DNA of 64,000 bases from Octopus vulgaris (GCA_951406725.2 OX597837.1:2604001-2668000), one strand, 5' to 3'; shown: positions 43,971-58,399, counted from the stretch's first letter. Made by a program: numbers and translations. Notes: generated by a model from the letters alone, not told the origin.

Positions 43971-44001
43971 AAACACACACACTTACTCATAGATAGTAGA
44001 T

Positions 44002-44038
<37 letters not shown>

Positions 44039-44127
44039 TACATGCATACATGCATACATGCATATATACATAAATACATGTATACATACAAACACACATA
44101 CATAAATACATACATATATACATACAT

Positions 44128-44680
44128 GGTAGCTGCCTCCTCGTTATCGAGTAAGGCCATTGCGCGAAGCTTAATCAATGTTGTTATCGTGCAATGTCTG
44201 TGCAAGAAGATTTTTTTAAGTGAGGAAAGGCTGTGCACTGAGTCAATCCCACTTACTTACAACAGCAGCCATAATCCGAAAAGAAGAACAAGTCAACATC
44301 ATCGGTAACCACTGAGCCGCAGGTTTAATGTCGGAGTTATCCCAGTTACCTGAGTTACCTTCTCCTAGAAGGATGATCTAACAAAGGCTTGGAGTCCTTC
44401 ACTCCCAATGGTTTAACTGCAGGATCGGGTATTCAGTCCGATTATTTCTATGTTCCCGCGCATGATACAGCCTTAAGACATTTATTGGATGGCCGTTGAC
44501 TCACAAGAGTTCCTCCGCCTTTTGACGGGTTTTGTTTTTCATCCCGCAGGGTGTCCAATAAACACCCTCCTCACCAATCAAGCTTGGTGGGGTTGCCGGT
44601 TTAGTCGCCGACGACCCAACCATGCAACAGGTTGTACTGGGTTACATATTACCAGTAGCACTCGAAAGTAACCGGACATA
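44128..44680. repeat. Unclassified complex insertion within (CATA)n, possibly a LINE 5' UTR derivative
   Basis: 550-bp complex island between (CATA)n tracts with no convincing ORF. Single copy in the window. Confidence 0.3.
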
Positions 44681-44916
44681 TCATACATACATACATAGAT
44701 ACATACATCCATAGATACATACATACATGCATGCATGCATACATACATGCATGCATGCATGCATACATACATACATGCATGCATGCATGCATACATACAT
44801 ACATGCATGCATACATACATACATACATACATACATACATACATACATGCATGCATGGATGCATACATACATGCATGCATGCATGCATACATACATACAT
44901 ACATGCATGCATGCAT

Positions 44917-44955
<39 letters not shown>

Positions 44956-45369
44956 CATACATACATACATACATACATACATACATACATACATACATAC
45001 ATACATAAATACATACATACATACATGCATACATACATACATACATGCATACATACATACATACATACATGCATACATACATACATACATACATACATAC
45101 ATACATACATACATACATGCATGCATGCATGCATGCATACATACATACATACATACATACATACGTAAATACATACATACATAAATACATACATACATAC
45201 ATGCATGCATGCATGCATGCATACATACATACATACATACACACACACATACATACATACATACATACATACATACATAAATACATACATACATACATAC
45301 ATACATACATACATACATACATACATAAATACATACATACATACATACATACATACATACATACATAAA

Positions 45370-45610
45370 GGTCTCCAGATCGAGTCGCTTCTTCTCTGCA
45401 TTGAGAGGTCACAGCCCCAGTTCTTCAGACGTGTTTGGAATGCCACAGAAAAGAACCATAAGACAGAGTCTTCGAGCCGGGCCAGCCAGCGAGAGTCCTA
45501 AGTGTAGTGCAAGAATAAAACGGTAGGATCATATCCATAGTCTAACCTTGGTCACCCTCGGGGATTTTAATAACGGTTGCTTCTGATAGGACCACGACCC
45601 TCCCTTCAGC
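45370..45610 (+). pseudogene. RTE-like LINE 3' fragment
   Basis: LQIESLLLCIERSQPQFFRRV resembles the L..EPLLLRIERSQLRWFGHV motif. Confidence 0.55.
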
Positions 45611-46061
45611 AATAGGCAGAGAAGACGGATGAATGTCTGCATGCATGAAAATTTACAGAGGCAAAGATGAAAATACTTGAAAGAATTTTACTTGGAGGAA
45701 AGACTTAAAATAAAAGACAGATATAAAATCTGTTTTGGTGCGTCGATTTCAGAAACGGTGAATATTCAATTTACGTCGGAAATCCAAAATGAAATTATCA
45801 ACTACGAAAAGGACTCTAACCTCCTGACACATTATTCTATATATTTGCCGTCAGAGACCTCTAGTAAATAAATATTTGAACGAAAATATACAAATGTTAC
45901 CGCAGGAGTGGCTGTGTGGTAAGTAGCTTGCTTACCAACCACATAATTCCGGGTTCATTCCCACCGCGTGGCACCTTGGGCAAGTGTTTTCCACTATAGC
46001 CTCGGGTCGACCAAAGCCTTGTGAGTGGATTTGGTAGACGGAAACTGAAAGAAGCCCATCG

Positions 46062-46092
<31 letters not shown>

Positions 46093-46342
46093 AATGTGAG
46101 GATAAAATTCTTTTCGAAAAAAAATATTTTCTCGAAAAGAATTTTATCAATGGCCAGCATATTAAAAAATACCTTTAACGGTTAAATTTATAAACAATTC
46201 ATAAATGAGGGCAAAGGAAAAAAATTCTAATGCCAAATATGCCGAAAAATTGGACATATTGTCCATTAACCATATAATTTTTTCACAATACGCACGCTAC
46301 TCGAAAAAAGGGTCTACAGAAATTTCTAAAAAATTCCATTAT

Positions 46343-46400
46343 TACCATATCGGACCGATTCCAGAGTTAGCTACTAAGAGCCCCCTCTTCGTCAGTGATA
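46343..46400 (-). ncRNA. Hammerhead motif, mutated core (GAAA>GGAA)
   Basis: tatca-CTGACGA-agag...ctct-GGAA-tcgg t ccga-TA-tggta. Confidence 0.6.
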
Positions 46401-46627
46401 CATGTGGCAAAAGAAATAAATGAGATACTTACTCATACCCATGGAAGAAGCAAATACTAAGTCATTAACTCACTCTGTGTGAGCCTCAGTTCAAATCGCA
46501 CGTGCCTCGAATTGGCTGGAGTATTTCTATTTTGGATGTATTTAGGGTACTTAGTTGTGTCCATGACTTAGTATTAGCTTCTTCCATGGGTGTGAGTAAG
46601 TACCTCATTTATTTCTTTTGCCACATG

Positions 46628-46685
46628 TATCACTGACGAAGAGAGGGCTCTTAGTAGCTAACCCTGAAATCGGTCCGATATGGTA
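46628..46685 (+). ncRNA. Type I hammerhead ribozyme motif
   Basis: tatca-CTGACGA-agag...ccct-GAAA-tcgg t ccga-TA-tggta: intact core, AUA site, one stem II mismatch. Confidence 0.7.
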
Positions 46686-46822
46686 ATAATGGAATTTTAA
46701 AGAAATTTCTGTCGACCTTTTTTCGAGTAGCATGCGTATTGTGAAAAATTATATGGTTAATGGACAATATGTCCAATTTTTCGGCATATTTGGCATTAGA
46801 ATTTTTTTTCGTTTGCCCTCAT

Positions 46823-46931
<109 letters not shown>

Positions 46932-46938
46932 ATATGTA

Positions 46939-46979
<41 letters not shown>

Positions 46980-47417
46980 TTGTGTATATGTTTGTGTGTC
47001 TTTGTCCCCCCAACGTCGCTTGACAACCGATGGTGGTGTGCTTACGTCCCCGTCACTTAGCAGTTCGGCAAAAGAGACGGATAGAATAAGTACTGGGCTT
47101 ACAAAGAATAAGTCCTGAGGTCGATTTGCTCGACGAAAGGCGGTGCTCCAGCATGGCTGCAGTCAAATGACTGAAACAAGCAAAAGAGTAAAAGAGTAAA
47201 CGAGATCCCTGTACTCTGAGGTATCTGTCCCTTATTTCTCACCTGAAATACTTCGTTCATGATATTATTCCCATTTTCTATCATTAACAACTGTCAGTAA
47301 CGATCCTTTCTATCAGTAACTTCATAATAAACCATAACTGGTGCAAAATAATTTTTGTACTTATTCTTCCTTGTATACAGATTCAAAATAAAAGATAAAA
47401 CAAAGATATTAATTAAT

Positions 47418-48355
47418 AGTAATTAAGGGTTTAGCAACGATTTGCCTCACCACACACCAAATTTAGAAATAGCAGTCAAAGAGTTTTGGCTATTCTTTCT
47501 ACTTAAAAGGGAGATCCCAGTAAAACCACAGCACTTAAAAAGCAAACAACGCAGGCAAAAGAGAAAGAAATGACGACAATCATTCTATATTAAGTCACCT
47601 ACGGACGTACGTTTCGGAATTAAGTCATAGCAGAGCATAAAAATTAAATAATTATGTCTTACCTAACTATTTTCCTGTAAGATGCTACAGTTTTTTTACT
47701 CGGATGAAATATAATTATTAATAATAAAGGGTGAAATTAATTAATTTGGAATAATCATTGATTTCACCAAGTATATTTCATCCCAGTAAAAAAACTGTAG
47801 CATCTTATTTTGGCAGCACGCTGACGGAAGGGGGATGGTGACATACTTTCATTCACCCTTTGAATTTGGTGGTACTGGTAATGGCTTACGCTCACTCTGA
47901 TACCATGAGTTGAGGTGATGTCTTCTAGTGCCTTCAAATTTAATACACAATTATTAATAATTGAGACGCAATTATTTATAATTGAAGAGTACTACGCTGA
48001 AGAGGAAAATAGTTAGGTAAGACATAATTATTTAATTTTTATGCTCTGCTATGACTTAATTCCGTCCGTAGGTGACTTAATATAGAATGATTGTCGTCAT
48101 TTCTTTCTCTTTTGCCTGCGTTGTTTCCTTTTTAAGTGCTGTGGTTTTACTGGGATCTCCCTTTTAAGTAGAAAGAATTGCCAAAACTCTTTGACTGCTA
48201 TTTCTAAATTCGGTGTGTGGTGAGGCAAATCGTTGCTAAACCCTTAATTACTTAGTATTACTTAAACATTCCTTGAATGGGGCTTTTACATGCCGAACTC
48301 TACTTGGTGAAATTAATGATTATTCCAAATTAATTAATTTCACCCTTTATTATTG
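47418..48355. mobile_element. ORF-less element with nested inverted repeats and a hammerhead split between its arms
   Basis: Inverted pairs 47418-47676/48003-48252, 47679-47700/47786-47807 and 47720-47773/48301-48355. The arms together reconstruct ctacg-CTGAAGA-ggaa..ttcc-GAAA-cgtacg-TC-cgtag. Confidence 0.75.
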
Positions 48356-48385
<30 letters not shown>

Positions 48386-48387
<2 letters not shown>

Positions 48388-48545
48388 GACGAGCTTCTTT
48401 CACTTTCCGTCTACCAAATCCACTTACAAGGCTTCGGTCGGCCTGAGGCTATAGTAGAAGACACTTGCCCGAAGTGCCACGCAGTGGGACTGAACCCGGA
48501 ACCTTGTGGTTGGGAAAGAAACTTCTTATCGTACAACCACCTGCT
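48386..48545 (-). mobile_element. Family A SINE head
   Basis: Reverse complement of the 45899-46062 head. Confidence 0.75.
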
Positions 48546-48550
48546 TCACA

Positions 48551-48780
48551 GATACAGTACAGCACAATATTCCTTCAAGTAGAGTACCTCGCACAATTCA
48601 ATATCTTTAGTACAGTACTTTGTATATTGGAGTACCATGCAGAGTGGAGTACAATATCTTGCAGGGTGGAGTACTTAACACACTACAGCAATTTGTACAT
48701 TAGAGTACTTTCCAGAGTACAGTACTTTGCACAGTAGAGTACATTACACAGAAGAGTACCTTACACATACTTTGCATAGA
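48551..48780. repeat. Degenerate 17-bp minisatellite (approximately TAGAGTACTTTGCACAG)
   Basis: Successive units TAGAGTACTTTCCAGAG, TACAGTACTTTGCACAG, TAGAGTACATTACACAG and AAGAGTACCTTACACA. Confidence 0.6.
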
Positions 48781-48824
48781 GATTTAGCAATCTGCGGTGA
48801 TTTAAAGACACGGGAAGTGTGTAA

Positions 48825-49210
48825 TTATTCATTTCTACTCAAGGCACAAGGCCCAAAATTTTGGGGGAGGGGGCCAAACGATTATATCGACCCCAGTACG
48901 CAATTGGTACTTAATTTATCGACCCCGGAAGGATGAAACGCAAAGTCGACCTCGGCGGAACTTGAACTCAAAACATAAAGACAGACGAAATACCGCTAAG
49001 CATTTCGCCCGGCGTGCTAACGTCTCTTCCTGTTTCTGTTATACCTGTATTTCAAAGAGGCCAGCCTTGTGACACTCTGTGACACCCTGAATCTCCCCGA
49101 TAACTACGTTAAGGGTACACGTGTCTGTGTACACGCTAATTTCACAAGCAGGCTGTTACGTTCATCGGATCAACTGGAGCCCTCGTCGTCGTAACCGACG
49201 GAGTGCCATG
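48825..49210. mobile_element. Family B SINE (minus, 48825-49025) abutting a family C SINE tail (plus, 49025-49210)
   Basis: Matches 31805-32040 and 30170-30370 respectively. Confidence 0.75.
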
Positions 49211-49249
49211 ATATATACGTATAATATAATATGTATATATAATACATAC

Positions 49250-49300
<51 letters not shown>

Positions 49301-49365
49301 ATATATACATATAATAATTATATGTATATATATACACACATATATATAAGGGAGAAATTATATAC

Positions 49366-49429
<64 letters not shown>

Positions 49430-50994
49430 TCATATATGCATATATACATACAATGTATATGTGCGTCAGTCTGCATGTGCACATATTTATGTATGTATAT
49501 GCATGTACTTATACACATATACACACAAACTTTATCTTTATCATGACTACCACCACTACCACCACCTCCACTACCACCACCACAACTACCGCCATCACTT
49601 CTACCACTAACCCCTACAATACAAACACCACTGTTACTTCGAGGCCACATAATTTCCTACTTACGCAAACTTTCTCTCTTTCTCTCCTTGTCCCTCCCTC
49701 TCTCCATCCCTCTCTCTCTCCCTCTCTAACTCCTTCAGCCTCTCTCTTCCTCCCTCCCTCGCTCGCTCGCGCGCTTATTTTTACACCTGAGGGTGTATAT
49801 CCAAAAACAGTTTAGCGTATTTGTTAAAGAGGTTGGTGCGGGGCCGGTGGAGTGCGGTGCAACAGCAGTATGATGCGGTGTGGTGTTGTATGGGCGAGGG
49901 CCAGGGTGACCATCGTATGGTGGTGGTGGTGGTGGCGGTGGGGAGACGAAGTTAGGTGAAGAGGCTGAACAGTTAGAATGAGGGATTCTGGGACAGCAAT
50001 TATTCTTCAGTCTTATTTATTTCACACGAGTAACTCCTTAACCACCTACCAACATAATTGCTTCGGCAACACACTCAACACTCCTCACCACCAACACCAC
50101 TACTACCACTATTTAATTTACTTGCTTTTTTTGTTGGTTTTTCATTCTTTTCAGTTGTTTGTTTACATTTTCCTTCATTTACTTCATACACCATCTTGAA
50201 CTCTCTTCTTCTTTACTTCTTTTTTGTCTTCGGTCTCTCTTCTTTGTCATCTTCCCTGGAACTTCTTCTTCTTCCTCTTCTTCTTCCTCTTCTCTTCTTC
50301 TTCGTCATCTTTCCTGGAACTTTCTTCTTCTTCGTCTTCTTTTTCATCTTCTATCTCTTCTTCTTCGTCTTCCTCTTCTTCTTTTCCTTCTTTCCCTTCT
50401 TTTTTCTTCGTCATCTCCTTGAACTTACTTCTTCTTTTTCTTCTTCGTCATCTTACCTGCAACTTTCTCCTTCTTCTTCGTCTTCTTTTTCTTCTTCTAT
50501 CTCTTCTTCTTCTTCTTCTTCTTCTTCTTCTTTTTCTTCTTCTTTTCCTCTTCGTCATCTTTTTTCTTCGTCATCTTTCTTCTTTTTCTTCTTCTATCTC
50601 TTCTTCTTCGTCTTCTTTTTCTTCTTCTATCTCTTCTTCTTCTTCTTCTTCTTCTTCTTCTTCTTCTCCCTCCTCTTCTTCTTCTTTTACTACTTCGTCT
50701 AATCATTTCCCTTCTTTTCTCCAACAATTTCTTTCCACTTCGTCTTCTCCTTCTTCTTCTGCTCCTTCTCGGCTCATCATTTATTTATTTTATTTTTATT
50801 TCTTTCATTTACCTATTTCTCTTCCATTCTCATACATTTCTCTTCTTTTCTTTCTTTCCCTCTCTTCTTCAATCTCCTCCCCGCTAGTCACGGGACACTT
50901 TCATTGTTTTGGCTGCCTTTGTTTTTTATAACATTTAGTTGCCTTGGTGGAAAATGATTCTTGTCGCTCTTAGTGTTATTCCCATTGTCGATCT

Positions 50995-51036
<42 letters not shown>

Positions 51037-51667
51037 AATTATTATTATTAAACTTGTTGTTGTTGTTGTTGTTGTTGCTGTTGTTTATTGTATTATTGCA
51101 GAGTGATGCAGGAAGCGTTTGCAGCATTATATCTAAAAGAAATCAAATCAGCAATCAGATACACCGGCATCTCACCACCACCGCCACCGCCGCTGACACC
51201 ACCACCACCGCCACCATCCCCGCCACCCCTGAGCATTCTCATCGCCATTCTTTTTGTTCTCCATCACCAGCATCATCATGGTCATTATCACCGTCATCAT
51301 CATCGTTATCATCATCATCATCATCATCATCATCGTCATCATCATCATCGTCGTCATCGTGATCATCATTATTATCATTATCATCAACATCATCATCATC
51401 ATACTCATCGACGTCATGATCACAACCCTTGTCCTATTCCTAATCGACATCTTCCTCCTCAAGGTCAGCCTCCTCCAACTTCCCCCGCCCTCCCCCTTTT
51501 TCCATTCGTCTACCGAATAATGGCTGATTGTAAGTTCGTTGAGCGCAACCAGAATTTATGAACGTACTCAGCATACACAAATACTGTTTTATATCTCTCT
51601 CTATATATATATATATACACGCACATACATATATACTCATATACGTATATATATAAAGATAGGTTTA

Positions 51668-51748
<81 letters not shown>

Positions 51749-52223
51749 AGAAAGAGAGAGCGACAGAGACAGTGAGAGACGTACCTATATAAAATTATGT
51801 AAGCATATTAACATATTTATATATATAGATATGTATACATATATATATATATAGAGAGAGAGAGAGGGAGAGAGAAAGATGTATATATATATATATGTGT
51901 ATATATATATAAATATATATATATATACATCTACGTACATACATAAACATGTATATCTATAAATGTATAAATGTATGCCTCATTATGTGTTTGTGTGCCT
52001 ATATATATATGTGAGTGTGTGTGTGTGTAAATATATATGTATGAATTGTGTGTGTATGTATGCATGTGTGTGTAAATAGGTATGTATGCATGTATGCACC
52101 GAGGCAAGCAATTATTTTTTTTTTCATCCTCGCAACTATTCTAATAGAAACTCGAAAGCTTTTATACGGTATCTGACTGAAAATCTGGACTGCATGAACA
52201 AAGGATTCATTCACTCACCCATA

Positions 52224-52281
<58 letters not shown>

Positions 52282-52811
52282 TGTGCGCATGTGTGTGTGT
52301 AGATGTGTACATAATTGAAACTAGACAATGTATACGAAATTTATACACATTCTTATATATATGCATATATATATAATCTGCTTCTTCCCTGCTAATCCGG
52401 CAGATAAATGCATTGAGTCATGACATATACGACAGACAAAACACCAGTTAATGCAACACAGGCATTAACACCCCAGTTGTGCAAAGTTTAAGTTTGTTTT
52501 ACTCCTTGTTGAGACTTTTTCAGCGCGTTTTGTACTTTTGTTATTATAGAACAATGCCACAAGGTAACAGTCTAATACGGTTTCGTGGGACATTGTGAGG
52601 AAATTAACAAAAAGACTGCATTATCTAAGTATTTGTGTGCGTGTGTGTGTTTCTAAGTGTTTATATTAAATGTATATATGTATATACGAATTATATGTAT
52701 AGATAGATAGGTGCATTTAAATGCACGCACATCGCAAGAAAAGACACACACATATATATATATTTGTGTGTGTGTGTATAACTTGTACTTGTGTTTACAA
52801 TAAATATATAC

Positions 52812-52888
<77 letters not shown>

Positions 52889-53784
52889 CACATACATGTA
52901 TACATACATATATACATGCATATAGATTCATACACATATAGGTATTTATGAGTGTATGTATGTGTATGTATATATGTATGTATGCATATGTGTGTGTATG
53001 TGTGTGGTAGTAAGAAATTTCCAACACAATACATCACACACGTTTTTAAACACACAAATACACATACACATATACACATATACATACTCATACATATACA
53101 AACATACATACATACACATATACAAGCAGACAGACAGACAGACATTCCTATATTCATTCACGCTTTGACAAACATCACGACCAATAACAACAACAACAAA
53201 CAGCAACGAAGACAACAGCAACACTTAAAAATACAATGAGCGGTTTCAGAATCCCTTACACCCTCCGGCCACCGCCACCCCATCCATGCCCGCCCCGCAC
53301 AATTCCTGAACAACCTGGTTACCCAAACTTCAATATCAACACCTTCGTTGTTGCCTATCCACACCCACCCACCACCACAAGAACACCCCACCACCACCAC
53401 CACCACCACCACCACCACACACACATCTCACCGTAGATTCGAAATTAGACTCAAATGAATATCTTAATTTCCTGCTGGTTATATATATATATTGTGGGGG
53501 TGGGGCGATTGGTGGTGGTAGCGGTGGGGGTGGTGATAGTTGTTGTTGGTGTTGTAGTGGTGGTGGTGGTGGTGGTGGTGGTGGTGGTATAGTGAGACAA
53601 GTTTCCTCTCACCTCAGGCAGTTTGGTTAACGTTTGTGTGTGCGAATGTTTGTGATAATAAATTGTGTGTGTGTGTGTGTGTGTGTGTGCGTGGTGAAAG
53701 ACTGTATCTACGCACATGAGTGCATGTGATGTCAATATGTCTGACTATGTGGTGTATGTGTATGTGTGTACGTTTGAGTGTGTG

Positions 53785-53947
<163 letters not shown>

Positions 53948-54580
53948 TATATATGCGTGTGCGTGTGTGTGAGAGCGTGTGCATGTGTATGTACAGAAAC
54001 GTGTGTGCGTGTGTGCATACAAGCATGTATCTTTATATATATGTGTATGTATGTATATATAGGAGTATGCATGTATGTATATGTGGTGCGAGTGTATATA
54101 AGTCGCTATTTAAATGCCTGGTCACTACTTTAACTTATAGATTTAATGTTCACCACCACCGCCATCACCGCCATCGCCACCAGCACCACCCGCGCCATCG
54201 CCCTCATCAACATTATACGTCTTTGCGTGGGGGTGGAGAAAGCAAAAGCGAGAGAGAAATAGTGAGGGATGGGGGAGGAAAGGAGAAATTGGGGGGGCGT
54301 GAGGGAAGTGGGAGGATGGGGGAGGGTTGGAGGTTGCGATTGGTTAAATAGGATAGGGTTGTCCTTTGTCTCATTAAAGTGATCCTCTTTTATTGAGCCG
54401 GGAAAAGCCCCGCAGCAACAGTCTGGTGGAGGGGGGGATGAAGAAGAGGCTGTCGGGAGAGGTGGAGGAGGAAGAGGAGGAGGAGGAGGAGTGAAAGAAG
54501 GAAAGAAAGGAAATAGTCTTCGGTCGAATTGCAATTTGCTTTGTCTTTTTGTCTATTGTTTTTTTTAATACATATTGCTT

Positions 54581-54619
<39 letters not shown>

Positions 54620-54880
54620 AGTCTGCACCTCTGATCGTGATCGTCCTCATCATCAATGATGTGAACACCATCATCATCATCATCATCATCGTCGTCGTCG
54701 TCATCGTCGCCGTCGTCACCATAACATGCCATTTTGTGTGCATTTGTGTGCAACCTTATGTTGCTTATGTCGATAGATAGACAGACAGATAGCTACATAC
54801 ATACATGCATACATATATATGCATATGTATACGTACATGTGCATATATGAATATATATGTGTATATATACATGCTTGTAT

Positions 54881-54949
<69 letters not shown>

Positions 54950-55086
54950 GAGAGAAAGAGAGAGCAGGATTTATAGATATATAAGATTGTATATGTGTGT
55001 GCAAACATATGCACATGTGTATGCACATTTATAACACACACACACATATATATACATATGTATATGTATGTATATGTATATATATA

Positions 55087-55133
<47 letters not shown>

Positions 55134-55148
55134 ATATATATGTATATA

Positions 55149-55181
<33 letters not shown>

Positions 55182-55734
55182 ATATATATATACACACACA
55201 TATATATATATATATACACACACACATATGTATATTTTTTATACACACGCACCCATGTAATATTCGATGGTCTTCGTTCGAGTGAAAGCAAACGCCATCG
55301 GGTGTTTGTTGCGTCACAGTTTTTGAATTTCTTATTGAGAGGTTTATAGAGAGGAAGAAGACAAGGAGAGAGAGCAAAGAGTGAATGAGTGAGTGAGGGG
55401 AGCAGCAGGGGGAGGGAAGTGAGTGAGTAGCGGAGTAGGAGGAAGACGGGAGAGAGGGAAATGTGTAGGAGGATATGGGTAGGAGGGTGGAGAAATTTTG
55501 ATGGAAATGAGTGCAGTGAGCGGTGGTGGGGAGGTCGAATAGTTTGAAAAGAAGAAGAAGAAGAAGAAGAAGAAGAAAGTAGGGGAGGAGGAGGAGGAGG
55601 AGGAGGAGTTGTGTAGGGATCTCTCCCAGGATGCTATCCCTCAGCAAATTCGGCGTATAAACAAAACTCATACACACTGTATGTGTGATCGATAATTACA
55701 CACACACATACTTACATACATACATACATACATA

Positions 55735-55821
<87 letters not shown>

Positions 55822-55824
<3 letters not shown>

Positions 55825-56423
55825 CGCAGGCGTGGTTGAGTGGTAAGAAGTTTGCTTCTCAACTACATGGTTCCAGGTTCAATCCTATTGTGTGTCACCT
55901 TGTGCCAGTTTCTTCTACTATAGCCTCGGACCGACCAAAGCTTTATGAGTGGATTTGTTAGACGGAAACTAAGGCGACGAGCTGGCAGAAACGTTAGCAC
56001 GCCGGGCGAAATGCTTATGGGTATTTCGTCTGTCTTTACGTTCTGAGTTCAAATTCCGTCGAGGTCGACTTAGCCTTTCATCCTTTCGGGGTCGACTAAA
56101 TAAGTACCAGTTACGCACTGGGGTCGATGTAATCGACTTAGTCCGTTTGTCTGTCCTTGTTTATCCCCTCTATGTGTAGCCCCTCGTGGGCAATAAAGAA
56201 ATAGGAAACTAGAAGAAACCCGTCATGTGTGTGTGCCTTTGCGTCTATGTTTCTCCCCCCACTTCGCACTGCTTGGTTGCCGGCACTAAGCAGTTCAACA
56301 AAAGAGACCGATAGAATAAGTATCAAGCATTAAAAAATTAAGTACTGGGGTCGATTCATTCGACTAAAAAATTCCTCGAGATGGTACCCCAGTATGGCCG
56401 CTGTCTAATAACTAAAACAAGTA

Positions 56424-56425
<2 letters not shown>
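55822..56425 (+). mobile_element. Family A SINE carrying a nested full-length family B SINE (55972-56203)
   Basis: 8-bp target duplication GGAAACTA at 55964-55971 and 56204-56211. Confidence 0.85.
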
Positions 56426-56468
<43 letters not shown>

Positions 56469-56470
<2 letters not shown>

Positions 56471-56753
56471 AATTAAGGACTGAACACGAAAAAGAGGACA
56501 GTCAACATGCTAGATATAGACGTCAAATCGCCATTCTCCACAAAGATTATGTTCTCAAATAAAATAAAATTCAGCACGACCCAAAGCAATAGATAAGACA
56601 AAAGAAATATACGAAATGGAATAATCACCTGTGTACCGAACGGTTTCAGTTATTAATATCACAAGGATATCTGTAACTTCGTCAGCACAGTTTGTTATGA
56701 AAATAATTTGGTGTACTAGATGAAAAACGATACCGGATTCTCGTATGCAAAAA

Positions 56754-56754
<1 letters not shown>
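56469..56754 (-). mobile_element. Solo diverged copy of the 23528 hammerhead element, in (TA)n
   Basis: Shares CCAATTAAGGACTGAACACGAAAA..GGACAGTCAACATGCTAGATATAGACGTCAAATCGCC with 23627-23690, and has the same 3' junction to (TA)n. Confidence 0.85.
56629..56690 (-). ncRNA. Type I hammerhead ribozyme motif
   Basis: ctgtg-CTGACGA-agtta[cag atatc cttgt gatat taa]taact-GAAA-ccg tt cgg-TA-cacag, with all three stems fully paired. Confidence 0.85.
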
Positions 56755-56808
<54 letters not shown>

Positions 56809-56987
56809 TCAATTTGGGACACACTTGTAGAAACAGGTGTATACCAGTTTCGATCTCTTGATAACACAATTTTTACCAAAGGTTACATCTTTTCAAAAAG
56901 AAGTTCATGATCGATGTAACTTTTACTGAAATTTATTTAATTAGTATAACGCACTTGAAAGGAACTTAGACAAAATACCGATATGTA

Positions 56988-57390
56988 CAGGGTGGCCCAA
57001 AACTAGGTTTACAGTTATCACATAGGCACTTTAAGCTTTTTTTAAAACATTTTATTACATTTAAAGTTCTATCTTACAATCATATTTTTTATGCATACCT
57101 TACTCTTTTGGAATTCTCATAAACCTTGTTCTTTACAACACCCCCAAAAAAAGAAAACCATTGGTGTCAGGTCAGGTGACCGTGGAGGCCATTCGATGCT
57201 GCCCCGTCTTCCAAACCAACGCTGTGGAAAGGCTTGGTTAAGGTAGTCTTTTACTGTCAAAGGGAGCTTGACAAAATTCACTAAATTATCATAGAATAAT
57301 AGTTTCATATTTTTTTTATAATTAACTGTTAATATATGAATGCGAAAGAGATAGTTGAGTAACTGTAAACCTACTTTGAAACCAAAAACA
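56988..57390 (-). mobile_element. Tc1/mariner deletion derivative (rosa/Tc3-like)
   Basis: Left end TA-CAGGGTGGCCCAAAACTAGGTTTACAGTT and partial inverted match AACTGTAAACCTACTTTG at 57361. Peptide YLNQAFPQRWFGRRGSIEWPPRSPDLTPMVFFFWG. Confidence 0.75.
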
Positions 57391-57644
57391 TAATGTGTAA
57401 CATAATGTATAAACAAACGTGGAACAGTAGTAGCTGTGGTATTTCATTTCAGAGAAACAGCTCAAAGAGACTCATGTTTCGACTTTATTTCGTCTCCTCA
57501 GTGACGAATATTTTGGAGTTTGTAAACCAAACCGAAATGCATTTTTCTTATATACAAATCTATAAACAATATGTGCGAAATCTGGCCTGGCGATAGTTCA
57601 ATTAATATTCACACCTGAAACAGTCTCAGATTAAATACATACAT

Positions 57645-57703
<59 letters not shown>

Positions 57704-57752
57704 TCTCTCTCCCTCTCCCTCTCTCTCTCTTCCCCCCCTTTCTCTCTCTCTT

Positions 57753-58262
57753 TATCACCTGTGATTATTCTTTTATAAAATGGGTCGTTTTTGTTGCGTT
57801 TGAGCAGAGAGTCGGGGATGGAACTACGAGTCGCCCAAACATCATAGCGATTCACGTGTACCAAAGTGTTTTTAAATGCCGTATGACACTTATATTAGAT
57901 ATATGGAGTCTCTCGACATTATCTCTTGTCGTGCTACCTCGATTATTTTTTATTCGTATTTCAATTTCATCATCATCAACAACTGTAGGCCTGCGGAACG
58001 TTCACAATCTTCCAGATCAAAATTTTCACTTCTAAGCTTAGCAAACAACTTACAAGAAATCCCTTCACCTTTGGCACCGTCTCCATTAAACTGCTCGCGT
58101 CGTTTTTACTCTCTGTACAGGTTTTTTTTCTTTCTGGGAATGAAAGAAAATCAGATAACGAAAATATATCACATTTTCTTCCATTTTCACTCTTTTAATG
58201 TAAAAACAGCAGAAATGAGCTATCCATACAACAATCGTATAGAAAGGCGTCTTGAAAAGTCA
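57753..58262 (-). mobile_element. 5' half of a degraded mariner transposon
   Basis: Minus-strand peptides MEENVIYFRYLIFF, KLRSENFDLEDCERS..PTVVDDDEI and SLLKRNKNDPFYKRIITGDK. Confidence 0.75.
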
Positions 58263-58305
<43 letters not shown>

Positions 58306-58334
58306 GAGAGAGAGGGAGAAAGAGAGAGAGAAAG

Positions 58335-58399
<65 letters not shown>

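Noticed and set aside
48551-48780. Regularly spaced GAGTAC motifs as a CRISPR-like array
   Set aside because: This is a degenerate 17-bp tandem repeat without unique spacers, in a eukaryotic context.
51088-53436. Pro/His-rich ORFs (51088-51561, 53236-53436)
   Set aside because: They are dominated by (CCA)/(CAT) repeats, with no domain or reliable splice structure.
57464-57506. Minus-strand CTGAGGA-gac..gtc-GAAA-catgag-TC
   Set aside because: The core and stem II are good, but stem I does not form (cgtca vs tcttt).
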